The notes under the pieces are model-generated. The model had not been told where the DNA came from. It ran no database searches and was given only the letters and a program-made list of their open reading frames with translations. Source: Gordius albopunctatus (taxonomy: Eukaryota). From it: a stretch of DNA of 64,000 bases. Below, one piece after another: positions 49,999-63,144 of the stretch (within the stretch, counting starts at the first letter, position 1; the number at the start of each line of letters is the position of its first letter). Location: positions 11,780,001-11,844,000 of the forward strand of contig OZ193909.1 in the NCBI GenBank assembly GCA_964276515.1. The letters are read 5' to 3'. Made by a program: the position numbers and the translations under genes.

Positions 49999-52749
49999 AT
50001 ATCTTAAGACTGCGAATGTTAAAGTTTTGTTATGTTGCTTTACCATTCTCATAGTGTTATGGTATTTTACGTTTAAACGAGTAGCCAGAGAGAAAGGTAA
50101 TTAGTAATTTTTTTAATATGAGCTTATAGATGGCACAATATTGATATATAACAAAATACCAAAAACTGGAAGCACTTCTTTTATGCAATTAGCTTATAAG
50201 ATGTCCTGGCAAAATAAATTTAATATTATTTACATGAATACATCTTTTAAACGCAACTACTTATCACCACTTGATCAAGTATATTTTATATTTATTTGGA
50301 AAAGTTATTAATAGTTACATATAGCTAAAAATATTTCTAATTGGTTGGACAAAACTCCTATTCTCTATCATGGTCATTTTCCATATTTTGAAATTAAAAA
50401 GTATAAATAATTTGATTTTATATATAAAATATGTAATCCCTGGGCATCTAGGATGTGCATTAAGGGGTGGGGGATTAAATTGTGTATAATTTAATTATTA
50501 TTTTATAACTCTTCCCCTGATTCTTCCTGCTTAAATATTCCCCTCCCTCTCAGAAATGTTTATTAAAGTTAATGACTTATAAAAATGTTTTATCTTTTAC
50601 TTAATTTATTTATAAATTTTCCCCATTTCTATTCAAATCCTTATATCAATTTTTATCTATATATAGGTAAAATGTAATTTGATTCATCAATTTTTTGTCA
50701 TTATTTTTTCCAAATATATTAGATTTGACTATATTGTTCAAGGAAAAAGGGTGCTTTATATCAATGTTTTACGTGATCCATTAGACAGATTTATTTCATA
50801 CTATTACTTTTTAAGATATGGGGATAATTTTAGACCTCATTTAAAGAGACACAGAAGTGGAAAAAATCAAGTAAAAAAATTCTAATATATTTGTATTGTT
50901 TATACCTAGTCTTTGGATGAATGTATAGCAAAGGAAGAAAACAATTGTGAATTAAAATTTTTATGGATGCAAATACCATTCTTTTGTGGGCATTATTATT
51001 TTTGCAGGTAATTATTTACCAAAGAATTCAACTGTTTTAATTAATAAGGAGCTCTTAAAAACATGTGCAACTAAGATATGTTTTATGAGATTTCTATTTA
51101 CTACTATGGTTGGAATATACATTTATTTTTCTGTTTTAACAATATTTAAAATATTTATAAAAACTTTATGTCTGCATTCAAATTAAATTTTGAAAGAGTC
51201 TAATATTAAATTTTGACTTTAGCTCAGTGTTTTGCTAGGGTCGATTTCGATCTAAAAAATTTGTCTACTTTGGTTCAAAGTTTAAAGTAAAACTTTAAGT
51301 CTTTTGAAAAAATTGTTAAACTAATTCTTTTTAGTTAATTCTTATTCTAAATTGTTATATTGATAATTTTAGGAGGTAAGTTTAGGTCAAAATATATATT
51401 CTTCGAATAAATTAAAATAATTTCGTTGTGAAACTTTAAAATGGTCGGTTCGGGATGGGGTTTAAAATAAACTTTTTTGCCGTTTTAAAATTTATGTTTT
51501 TCTTTAAAACAAATAAAGCAATTTAAACGCACAAAATATTTTTTATCGATCGGTTTTTGTCGATGTTTTCAAAATAATCGGAATCACATTGTTTTTTAAA
51601 TTTTTAATGAATTATTTAAGGGATCCAGGGAATGATATGGCACTGCAAATGGCAAAACATAACCTGGCAACTCGGTATTTTATCGTCGGAACTACGGAAA
51701 GATTATCGGATTTTGTGCTTTTGTTAGAGCACGCGTTTCCAACCTTTTTCCACGGGGCCCATAACACTCTTTTAGCGGACGGTAACTTTTAATACGAAAA
51801 ATAGTTAAACGTCAAAATTAATATCAAATCAGGAATTGTTTAATAAATAGTACGCGATTCAACTCCGATAACTAATTTTGCTTTGATGTACAAATATTGT
51901 TTTAATTTATGTGAAGAATCTTCATGCTTTAACCGCTTTTTTATCATAGACGCTGATGTTAAAAAAGAAATTGAGATGCTTTTTTTGTAATTATTTTTTG
52001 TTTTAATCTTTAAATCCAGCCCGGGTGATAATACCAAAGCTTGTATTTTATGATATTTTAAACAATTTATTTATAGGGATATCGGGGCATGTTGCCTTTT
52101 GATAAAGACAAACTATTGTTTCGCAAACTGATAACAATCAGATGTAATATAGATAATTTGCCTAGTAATTTATTGCAAATAAAAAACAAAAATGATAAAT
52201 TATTTGCTTAAATAATTTATTTTTATGTTCATTTTGGGCTTAAAATAAATTGTAATTATTTGAGCAGGCCTTAAATTATTTAATTCAGGATTCAAATTTA
52301 GTTATCTTTGAAAAACAAATTATGCCCCTATAACAGGATTTAATATATTTCGATTATTATCGAAGTTAATACATTTTAAGACCCAAAAATTTATATTGCA
52401 CCTTTAATCATAAAGCCGAAATCATGTTTAATCTTTTAGTCATTAATTAGAAATGAAAGAATTCTAAAATCATTCGTGACTATTTTCAGTTTTTTTCCAT
52501 ATTTCTATTTTTTACCGTAAACTAATTTATAAAGGTTCAATTTTTTGGAAACGGAAGACGAATTATAAAGTGCCACCAAAACGCGAAACCCTTGACTTTA
52601 TTAAATCATCCAATATTTGGAAAATGGAAAATGAATTTTACCAATTTGCCTCTGCTATTTTCGACGATTATTTCTCCATGAGTCAACGCTATGACTTTAA
52701 AGTCTATGATTTGCAAAGAGTTTACCAAAAAATTAAAATACGAGTTTGA
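49999..52749 (+). CDS. HS2ST1: Heparan sulfate 2-O-sulfotransferase, copy 1 (exons ~49999-50096, 50130-50278, 50315-50400, 50723-50870, 50910-51007, 51621-51781, 52535-52749); start codon not located
   Basis: TM segment, then [65 protein letters not shown] and IWKMENEFY. All exons join in frame across GT-AG introns. Confidence 0.9.
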
Positions 52750-53034
52750 CGGCACTCGAGCAATCGCTGAATCTCATCGATTTTATATAATTTTATTTCT
52801 AATAATTTATAAGATTTGTCGTTGCTTTATATCTATTTATAATAGTAACTATTTATGTGTACTTTCATTTTTCAACAAGGTTTTATATGGAATGATGAAG
52901 TATTTTTTGTGTTGGTATGATTTGTGAGATCAAACCGAAATGAATCATAAGCTAGTCATGTTACAACGTTATTTTTGTTAATATTTATCAATAATATTGG
53001 ATCAACTTTGTTAGAGCTTATAACGTTTATTGTA

Positions 53035-53186
53035 TCCTATATATAAAAATCCCACCACATAATCAATACTAAATACATTGTAAACCTAGACAGACACAGG
53101 TCGAAAATGTGCACGAAGATTAGGTGTAATTCCCTGAAGACTCCTTTTTTCTGAGACCCGGCCCGGGCCCGGATTTTAGCATCTAA
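53035..53186 (+). mobile_element. Miniature Helitron-like element, 152 bp
   Basis: A|TCCTATATATAAAAAT start, GC hairpin CCGGCCCGGGCCCGG, and CTAA|T end (CTRR). Confidence 0.65.
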
Positions 53187-53410
53187 TAATTATATTTTAA
53201 TAATACGATAAAAAAAATTTATTTAAAAATGGAATTCTATAATTGAAAAATTTTCATGCAAAAAGTCACCGGTATCAAATATGTCCGCATTTAAATTAGT
53301 TCATCGCTCTTATAAATGCGGTTTTCAATTTCTCTAAATTTCCTTTTTCCTGGACTTCTTTGCAGCATTTATGCTATTATCAAAACATTGGGGTAATATG
53401 TGATAGCTGT

Positions 53411-56400
53411 TATTACAACTCGAAATTATAACATAAATTTATTGAATAGCTCGATAAAACAATGACGCTAAAACATGGAAATGGAATTATATATGAAATT
53501 CAAACAAAGGGTATCTATAAAATACGAACCGAAATTATCAAATAAGATTAAAATACAATATTGCAATATATAACATATGTCCTCCCTTTCTTTGGGTTTT
53601 AATTATATTTCTTTGATAAGTCTTGAAGGTGGGCGAACGTCGCGTTTTGGGCGAGACGTGTGACCTAAGTTAGATTGTCTCTCCTCCCCGGCTAATTCCG
53701 TCTCTTCTCCTGGCGTAAATGACGGTACCAATTCTGTCTCTTCTCCTGACATAAATGACGGTTAAATCCCAAACTCTCCCCGAGGCTTAACTGACCCTTG
53801 TGGAGAAGAAGATTGTATAGGCTCTTGTCGTGTATCTAAGAATCTATTCCTTAGTTGGTCGGCGTGCTTCCGCAATATCCGCTTCCGCTGAGTAGGACAA
53901 GGGCCCTGTTCTAGTAATTACCGAACCTTCACGCCATCCGGGTCTCGTTTCATTCCTTACCCATACCGGTTGTTCTGAGAGAAATTCTCGATTCTTTAAT
54001 CCTTTGTTATGCCTTTCCTCGGTTGACCAAACCTGTTTTTCCAATTTTGACTTAACCGGAGATCGTGCCCAATCCCAGGCCGTTTTCATATGTCGTCCAA
54101 ACATTAGCTTATATGGTGATGATCCCGTTGAATTTAAAGTGCTTATTCGGTAAGTCATCAATACCTCTGACAAACATTCATGAGGGCTCGTTTTTTGCAT
54201 TTTGGTAGCCGCGTACCTTTTCTTCAAAGTTTGAATTCCTCTCTCTGCCAACCCGTTAGTCTTAGGATGATACGGGGAAGATTTTATATGAATGATATTA
54301 TTCTCCTTGCAATAATTATGAAAATCTAACCCTGTGAATTGGGGTCCGTTATCTGATACAATTTGTCTAGGGACACCGTACAGGGCAAACCACTTCCTAG
54401 GAGTTCGAAGAGAGACCTGTGTTGTTTTGACTGTAAGAGCTCAACATCCATCAATTTTGAAAATCCATCAACTACTATTAACCAGGAGTAACCATCGATT
54501 GGTCCCGCAAAATCGATGTGAATTCTTTCCCAAGGAAACTCGGCGACATTCCATGAAAACAATGTAACTTCATTAGCTTCCCCGCGATTCTGTTGACATG
54601 CTTTACAAGCATTCACAAAATTTTCAATCTCAGAACTCAGTTGAGGCCACCAGCAATAGAACCTAGCGATAGATTTCATAGCCGATATTCCGGGGTGGCC
54701 TTTATGCAAATTTATCAATACTCGCTGCTGAAGGGATTGCGGTATAACAATCCGCCTATCCATAAATAATAAATTGTTTTCACAGCTTAGCTCTGCTCTG
54801 CGATTATAAAATACCCCCAATTCTTGTGGAATATCCTCTTTGCGTGAGGACCATCTTTTGTTTATAAAGTTCTTTATTTTACGCAGTTTAAAATCCTTAT
54901 GTGTTTCTTCACCAATAGTCTTTCCCGATAGTGATAAATCATTAAGGATGATGTTTTTGATCCTAAACATTGATAAATCATCACTGTTGTGAATATCTTC
55001 TGTAAGAGGTAAAGGCGCCCTTGAAAGTGCGTCAGCTACTTTATTCTGTTTGCCTTCGATGTACTCCAATGAAAAATCGGATGCCGATAGCTGATAAGCC
55101 CAGCGCATCAATCTATTATTTACTATTCTCGGAAGATCCCTATTTTCCCCAAACAATCGCATTAAAGGTTTATGATCCGTTCTCATGATAAATTTCCTTC
55201 CATAAAGGTAGGTGTGAAATTTTTGGACCACCCATAGTATGGCCTTGAATTCCTTATCAATATTAGCATAACTTTCCTCGGCATTGGAAAGTGTTCTCGA
55301 AGCATACACAATAGGGCGCAATAGTCCAGCATCAAGTGCATGTGATAACACCGCCCCAAATCCTTTATCAGAAGCGTCGGTTTCCAACACCAAGGGCAAG
55401 GTTGGTGAATAAGGAATTAAGGTATTACAATTCTTTAAAATCGATTTAGCTTTTAAAAATATTTGTTCCTCCTCCTGTGACCATACCCATCTAGATTTCG
55501 TGCCCGTAAGTCGAGGCAATGGTGATAAAATACCGTGAAGACTAGGAATAAATTTTTCCTGATAGCAAAGCATCCCAAGAAAAGATTTTAACTCGGATCT
55601 ATTAGTGGGTCTTTTCATTTCTAAAATGGCTTGTATCTTTGATCCGGAGGGATGGATCCCTTCTTTATCTATCACATACCCTAAAAATTCAATCGATTCT
55701 TCCAAAAACCGAATTTTATTAAACTGTGCCTTAATTCCCGAATCTTTTATTTGATTAAAACTTTATTGACGTTTGCAATGTGCTCCTCGTCATTTTCACC
55801 GGTGATTATTATATCATCAAGGTAAACTCCTGTCTTAGGACAATCTTTTAGTAAGTTATCCATAAACCTCTGAAAAATGGCTGGAGCTGAGGACAACCCA
55901 AACGGAAGCCGACAGAATTTGTAATAGCCCAAACTGGTTGATATAACTAAGAGGTCTTGTGATTTCTCGGAAACAGGCATTTGCAGGTATGCATCTTTAA
56001 GATCAATTTTCGTGAACTTCCTTCCTCCCGAAATTTTTGCGGCAACATCTTGAAACGTTGGGATATGATGGTAATCTATAATTAAATTTGGATTCAAAGT
56101 AACCTTGAAATCGGCACAGATATGGATGTCATTATTTGTTTTCCTTACGATCACAATTGGAGTAGCCCATTGAATGGGTGTAATGTTGGGATCCACTTGT
56201 TCTAGCACACCTGCGATAACCAATCTTTGAAGCTCTTTCTCTAAAGGAGCTCGCAAGGGAAACGGAACCCTCCTAGCTTGCCAAGATCTAGGAGTTGCAT
56301 TTGACTTCAAATGGATAACTACTGGTTCGCATGAATTTATTAATCCTAATTTACCATCAAAAATACCACTATTTCTCTTCAAAATTCCTAGTAAGCGAGG

Positions 56401-57769
56401 TTAGATTGTTTGAACTACTTACATTATGAACTTCAACCATTGGGGGAAGTACTAAGTTAAAAGCTAAGCTCCATGGTAATCCAAAAATTGGTACCTCCTT
56501 ACCCTTGCTAACTACCACTGTTAAAAATTCCGTTCGCTTGCCCAACTGAACCTTTACCGTTGATTCACCCAATATCTCTAGGGCTGTACAACCGTATACT
56601 AGAGGTGGTATGGCCTTTCTAAGTACGGGCTGGCCGATTTCTTTCCATAACGATGAATTAATTACAGATACCTGCACCCCAGTGTCAAAATCCATCACTG
56701 TCTAGAGATCGTTTATTTTCACCCTAATCGTGGCACGACGTCCTCGACGATTAATCTGGCATATTGAATCCATAGAACCGGCATCATTATCTTCTCCGGC
56801 TATATATACTTGATGTACCTTAGAATCGTCTTTACAACACCGAGCGTAATGTCCCCTCCTATTACACTTTCTACAATACGCCATGAAGGCAGGACACTGA
56901 TTTGGAGGATGATTCCTGTCGCAACGTTGGCATTTAAAACTCTTGTCGGATTTAAAAGACTTGTCACCTTGCGTCCTCGATATCTTTTGAACCATAGGAA
57001 TATTTTCCTGGGTCTCCTTCTCAGCTCTTTCTATCGTTAGTGCCATGTCTAGCACCTTCTCCAATGTGAGAGGACTTCCGTCCTTCTCCTCACAATTGGA
57101 AAAATTAGTCCGAATTTCGAGTTCCAACCGTTGAATATCCACTCCAAAAATCAGCTGATCCCGAATACGTGCCTCTATGTCTACCTTGAAGTTGCAATCT
57201 TGCACTATAAAATTGATTCTTCGATAAAAATCCAAAACCGATTCACTTGAGGCTCTTTTCGATCGCATCAGTTCCATTCTCGCCGCAAATGCCGAAGTTG
57301 TCTTTTTAAATACTTTACGCAAAGCCGAGACAATTTCATCACATATGGCATCTTTAAAAAGTTTAGATATAAAATTTGAGACAGTTTCCTTAAATTGGCC
57401 ATGCCTAGAAATGCTCTGATCAACTTTTTCCTTGCCAAATCGGATGATAGTCCTATAATATCAAGGCGAGCGTCCACGTAATCTAAATAATCTTCGATAT
57501 TCTCGCAGCTAGAATCAAATTTCTTAAGGGATATCTTTTCCAATTTGGAATAATCAGGTTCTGCAATCATCTTTAATTCGCAGCGCCAATATTACAACTC
57601 GAAATTATAACATAAATTTATTGGATAGCTCGATAAAACAATGACGCTAAAACATATGGAAATGGAATTATATATGAAATTCAAACAAAGGGTATCTATA
57701 AAATCCGAAACGAAATTATCAAATAAGATTAAAATACAATATTAAAATACAATATTACAATATATAACA
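53411..57769 (-). mobile_element. Full-length Gypsy retrotransposon (gag-PR-RT-RH-IN) with frameshifts; LTRs 57590-57769 and 53411-53575
   Basis: Gag with CRKCNRRGHYARCC, protease DTG, YLDD, LETDASDKG, integrase HKGH..CKAC and HIDFAGP. PBS TGGCGCTGCG (tRNA-Ser-like), PPT AAAGAAAGGGAGGA, 5-bp TSD GCTGT. Confidence 0.95.
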
Positions 57770-59006
57770 GCTGTGATATATGACTTTAGAATGCTCAAAA
57801 ATAATCGGATTCCAGTTCTCAAATGGTTTATTCCACCAAGCGACCTGCCGTTGACTTTTTCCTACATTAGTCATTTTTAACCGCGATAAACATTAAAATT
57901 TTAGCAACTTTGTGTAAGGCTAAAGTTTTGTAATAAAAGTTTCTTTGATTTCTTGTTCCGCGAATTGAAAATTCATTGAAAATGATAAGTAATTGATGAG
58001 GAAAAAGCAAACTTGATAGAATCGGTAATATAATTTGTAACCGGCCATAGCCAGGTCGTCATTAATAGGGCATGGCCCGAGCCCACTTGGTCAACTTAAG
58101 GCTCATTTAAATACCGGGTCCGACTCGTAATATTTTATTAAACTCATCTAAACCCAATCCGAGGACCAGGCCAAGCGGTGCAAGTCTTTGATTTCTACAG
58201 TGTCCATAACTTAATTGCTATAAAAATTTAACGATAAATCACAAATTATATTAAGCATCTTAATTTTATAATAAGCATTAGATCTCTACGCTACTATGTT
58301 TTACCATATTGTACGCTATATAGGATATGGCTTGCTCGTATTAAGATAAACACGTTTCTAAATCCCGGACTCAAACCCGGTCGAATATATTATTTTTACC
58401 CACCCAGGTCATAGCTCGGAGCAAGATTATTAAAATAACGTGGTGTTTTAAAATGAAAAACATCTAGCGATGGGAAAACCCGTGGTCTTATAAACCTAAG
58501 GCTGAGGTTTTAGGTAAAACCTTTTAGGTTTAGCCTGGGTTTTGCATCCACCTAAGGGTTCCCCAAGATCCCAAACTAAAATTTTGGGGCTAGATTCAAA
58601 CTCTAGCCCAAAACCTTAGGTCAGAACGAATCCCAAAACCCTGACAAACCCCAAGGTGATTTGGGGCAAGGTCACTTGGGGTTTCCATTCATAAGGTATG
58701 ATTTTATATCCTAATATTTTGACTGAACTACAGTCACTAAGTAATTTTTTTATTAAATTAATAATTATCATTTGTTTAGATTTAAAAAAGAAATTAAAAT
58801 AATATTGTATCCTATCAAATAAATAGTCGACTATATTGTAATAATAAATATAAATGTATTGTTTAGGTTATCGCCATCTGTAAACGATTTTAAATTTAGA
58901 TGAACACATTATATCCTTTTACGCATTGCCCTTTATATATATAAGTTACTGTGTGTGGTGTGTGTATATAACTCCTCCTCCCCTTCTATTTCCCTTCTCA
59001 CACAAC

Positions 59007-60262
59007 TACGCCTCTGGAAAATATTCGAGATTCGATTCGAAATTTCGAATTAAATCCGAATCCCTATGTGTATTTTCGAATCGAATATGTACATAGATAA
59101 GATTCGAAAATTCGAATCGAATCCTTAAAAAATATTAAATTTTTATTTATTAAATTTAATTTAAATAGACGAGAACGAGATGCAAAAATCAGCTGTTTTT
59201 CTCTGATCGCATTTTAGTTGTTTTTCCTGGTATAATTTGAAACTTGAATTTTAAATTTTTAAACTGCATATTATAATGTCCTCATCTTCAACCTCCATTT
59301 CTATTGTATTAGGTAAGTTGTTTTCAGTTAATTCATAATACTTAAAGGCTCTCTTGACCATGACTAATTAAACAAGCCTGCAGTGATTATTTCAAAAAAA
59401 GGCTCCTGTAAAAAGTTTAGAATAAAATTTTACAGTTCCAATTTTAAAGTTTGAGATTAAATGATTCTTCACTTTTGAATAATATAAAGGGTTTGCACTT
59501 TCTTCTTTATTAATTGTGGGTTAAATAGCTAAATATCACATGAGCAAACATTGATCCTAATCTTTGTTATAAAAAACTATTACCATTATGTCTTTTGCAT
59601 TATTTTCTCCTTGTTTATACCTTTTGTGATATTAAAACGTGCTTTAATTATTAATTATAAGCTACTATGTTTGTTTTTTGATGCTACACATCTCCATTTA
59701 GAATATTTTTTAATCCTATTTAAATTGTTAAATTTAGATGATTTTGATGACGAAGAGATAAAAGAAAAAAATCAAAAATATGGAACCATTTTACCTATGA
59801 CAAATCACTTAATACCGCAACTTGCAATAATTGTCTAAAAGCTTTTGTGTATAATAAATCAGTGACAACCTCAGCTTTAAATAAGCATTACAAAACTTTC
59901 CTTATGAAGCCCCTCATAGATGAAAAAGAAAATATACACCTATATTTAAATCCAAAATATGATGATAAGCATTATTTATTAAAATGGATGATTGAATGCA
60001 ATATATCCTTTAGAGCTTTAGATAGTCTAAATTTTAATTAATATATATGCACATTAAAAATCATAGTAACCTTTTATATTTGTTTTTTGATATAAATTTT
60101 TTTATTTATATTCGAATCGAATTCGAATCTTTAAATTTTTTCGAATCGAATCCGAATCTATATTTTAATATTCGCCGAATCTCGAATCGAATATTTTTTT
60201 AGTAAAAGAAATCTAATCCGAATCTAATACTAAAAATATTCGATTCGAAATCCAGAGGGGTA
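59007..60262 (+). mobile_element. hAT deletion derivative retaining the BED zinc finger
   Basis: TIR TAC(G/C)CCTCTGGA, perfect TSD CACACAAC and TTCGAAT subterminal repeats. Peptides KSKIWNHF..ATCNNC..TTSALNKH and WMIECNISFRALD. Confidence 0.9.
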
Positions 60263-60504
60263 CACACAACCCAGATTATAATGAGAGCATCGGGATACCC
60301 TTGCTCCAAAATATTCACACCTAAATAGTAAGGCTAGTCGCCTTGCTCCAACCCTGTTCCCAACCCCGCTCCAACCCCACATCACATAAATAATATTTTT
60401 GTATGGGAGGCGATGCGCTACTAATTACTATGCAATGAATGACGCATATGCATAAGTTAAGAGAGGGAGGGGTAGGGGATAGTGCTTGCTGCTATGCAGT
60501 AGTT

Positions 60505-61571
60505 AAGGCCCGTCCGAGCCCGCCCGTAATTTTTTTTCAACACTTCAGGCCCGTCTGTAAATTTTTTAGGCCCGTCCAAGCCCGTCCGTAAATTGTTCAG
60601 GCCCGTTCGTACCCGTTTAGAAAAACGTCAGACCCGAAGAACTCCGCGCCTGGCCCCATCAAATATTTTACAAAATTTTATTCTATTTTTGACATTTCCA
60701 TAAAATAACATCAATAATTATCATGTAAAAACAATAAATTATCAATTATTTCTGCAGTCAATACACCTAAAATATTTCAATTTAGTACTACCATTAAATT
60801 ACTTTAAAAAATTACATGAGAATATTTCACTTTCAACAATTTTCTTTGTTTTGATTAATTTAAGTTAATACACCTAAGAAGTTAGAATATTACCAATTAA
60901 AATACTCTAATGAAATTACATGAGAATATTCAACTTTCAATAAGTAGTTTACATTGATTTGATTAATTTATATCAGTTAATACACCTAAGTTTTCGATTA
61001 GAACAAAAATATTTATTAAATTAGATGGCCCTAATAATAATAATTATACCAGTAAAATTTGTGATAAAATTAAAAACCAAAATTTTAATTTTGGTACATT
61101 GTAACTAAGTAATTGAACTTAATTATTAAAGAATATACTAAGCTATAATCTTAAATTATGTAAACAAAAATCTAAAGCAAATAGAATAAAAATGTTTTAA
61201 AGACAAATTTAGCGCTTGAAAAAGGAATGAATGCTACAGGATATACAAAAATTAGAGGTTAAAAGAATAGAGCAATTAATAATCATATTTTATAAAAATC
61301 ATATATTCATATAATTGTCTGACATTTAAGAACCTTTGTAATCCATTACCGTTAATATAATCTCTGGCCCGTTCAAGCCCGTTTATAAAATGTCAGGCCC
61401 GTTCAAGCCCGTTAAAAAAATCTCAGGCCCGCCCGAGCCCGTTCCACTAATTGTCACGCCTGTCCGGGCCCGGCCCGTTAAAATTTATATGATACAAAGC
61501 CCGTCCGTACCCACCCGCGGGAAGGGCTTTTAGGCCCGTCCGCGGACCGGGCCTGCCCGTGCAGATCTCTA
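60505..61571. mobile_element. Left-truncated copy of the 34383-35383 hAT element
   Basis: Colinear similarity throughout; it ends in GTGCAGATCTCTA. Confidence 0.85.
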
Positions 61572-61675
61572 ATATGTTTACATAAGAAATTAGAGGGGCC
61601 AAAGCGTACTGGGTAGAGCGCTTATTTAGCTATTTACAGAATTTTAGTTGTTTACATAATTTAAAACTTTGCAAG

Positions 61676-62082
61676 ATGCGATACATTTTTATAATAAAAC
61701 CCGTCCTTATTTCCATTATTTTATTCGCATCTTTATTACTTTGTATTACCTACATAAATGTGATTCACAAGCAATCAAGCATTTCTACTAATCTATCTAA
61801 TTTTAAACGAAGATTCGTCATAGTTTATAACCGTATCCCTAAAACGGGTAGTACTTCCCTATTAAATTTCGTATATCAAATGGCTGCCCAAAATAAGTTT
61901 GAAGTTATTTACATGAACGTTTCAGCTAGAAAAAGATACCTATCGCCTCATGATGAAGTAATAATTATTTGTTACAAATTATGAATTAATTAATAGTTGA
62001 ATCTTGGACAAAAAATGATGGACAACAATAGAATCCAATCAATATTCTATCATGGACATTTTTCCTATTTCGATATTGTCCC
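61676..62082 (+). CDS. HS2ST1: Heparan sulfate 2-O-sulfotransferase, copy 2, first two exons (61676-61957, 61997-62082); remainder not found in the window
   Basis: M-TM segment, [14 protein letters not shown], a 39-nt intron, then FYHGHFSYFDI. Two intron positions are shared with copy 1. Confidence 0.82.
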
Positions 62083-62189
62083 GTAAGTATACTCATTTCA
62101 ATACTATTATTATTTTTCAAAAAATTTAAAGATTAAGATTTTTTATAACTCTTTACACTTCATTTATAATGCACAAAAAACATTTTTTA

Positions 62190-63144
62190 AAAGTATAAAT
62201 ATATAATAAATTGAAACTACCCTCCCGATTCGCGCGAAACTTTACCCGTAGGTTCCCAGGGCGGCCAGGGGTAAAATAGCTTTTTCCGATTCCTAAAATT
62301 CCTTTTAGTTTTAAAAATATCGGACATTTTCCGGTTTTATACGTTTTTACGTTTAATAAAATGTAAATCAAACGCAACCTCATGACGTACTGCGTATCTA
62401 TCGTGTTCTTTGAAGGTTTGAATATACAGTTCTTTAATAAAAGTGTGTATCACTTATAGTATTTTATTTTTTAGACCGTCATCCGTGTAGGTAGTGTAGT
62501 GTAATAAATGTAGGCATGTGCTGCGGAAAATGGAAACATTTTACGATTTTAAATATTAAATCAAAGTCATTTTTTGCTTATTTTTCACGTCAATTATTAT
62601 TATAGGAAGGTCGTGTCCCCTCCTGCGTGGCTAAATAAATTAAAAAATCTAATTTTATCATTTTTTGTACGTTAAATAAGGAGAAAAATGAAAATACTTT
62701 TAACAAAGTGCCAATAAATGTTGATATATCTCAGTTCTTCGGACATTATTAAGTTCAGAATTAAAAGTTTTATTCAGAAACAAATAATTATAATTATGGT
62801 ATTGTTTCTTAATTACAAAAAATTGCTTGAAGGGCCAGGGGGCCAAAGAATTTTCCCTTGGGGGGGGGAGGGCATGCGGCCAGGTTTTCTCTCTTGGGTG
62901 AGCCTGGGGCTTGGACCCTCTTTAACTATTTGTTTAAATTTTTTTGCATAATAAACACTTACCAATTCTATTTGATATATTCATAATCTATTATACGGAA
63001 ATAGAGCAATAGAAGTAGAACATATAGACATCAAACTTTCTTTTTACTGCAATAACCGCTTTATCATCATATATGCCCTAAAATTCCAACATAATTTAAT
63101 ACACCCGGGTAAATGGCAAAACAACGTTTGCCGGGTTCATCTAG
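62190..63144 (+). mobile_element. Composite Helitron-derived sequence in the HS2ST copy 2 intron
   Basis: 62215-62335 is the reverse complement of the 24-25 kb Helitron unit. The 3' hairpin GGCAAAACAACGTTTGCCGGG..CTAG|T ends at 63144. Confidence 0.7.
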
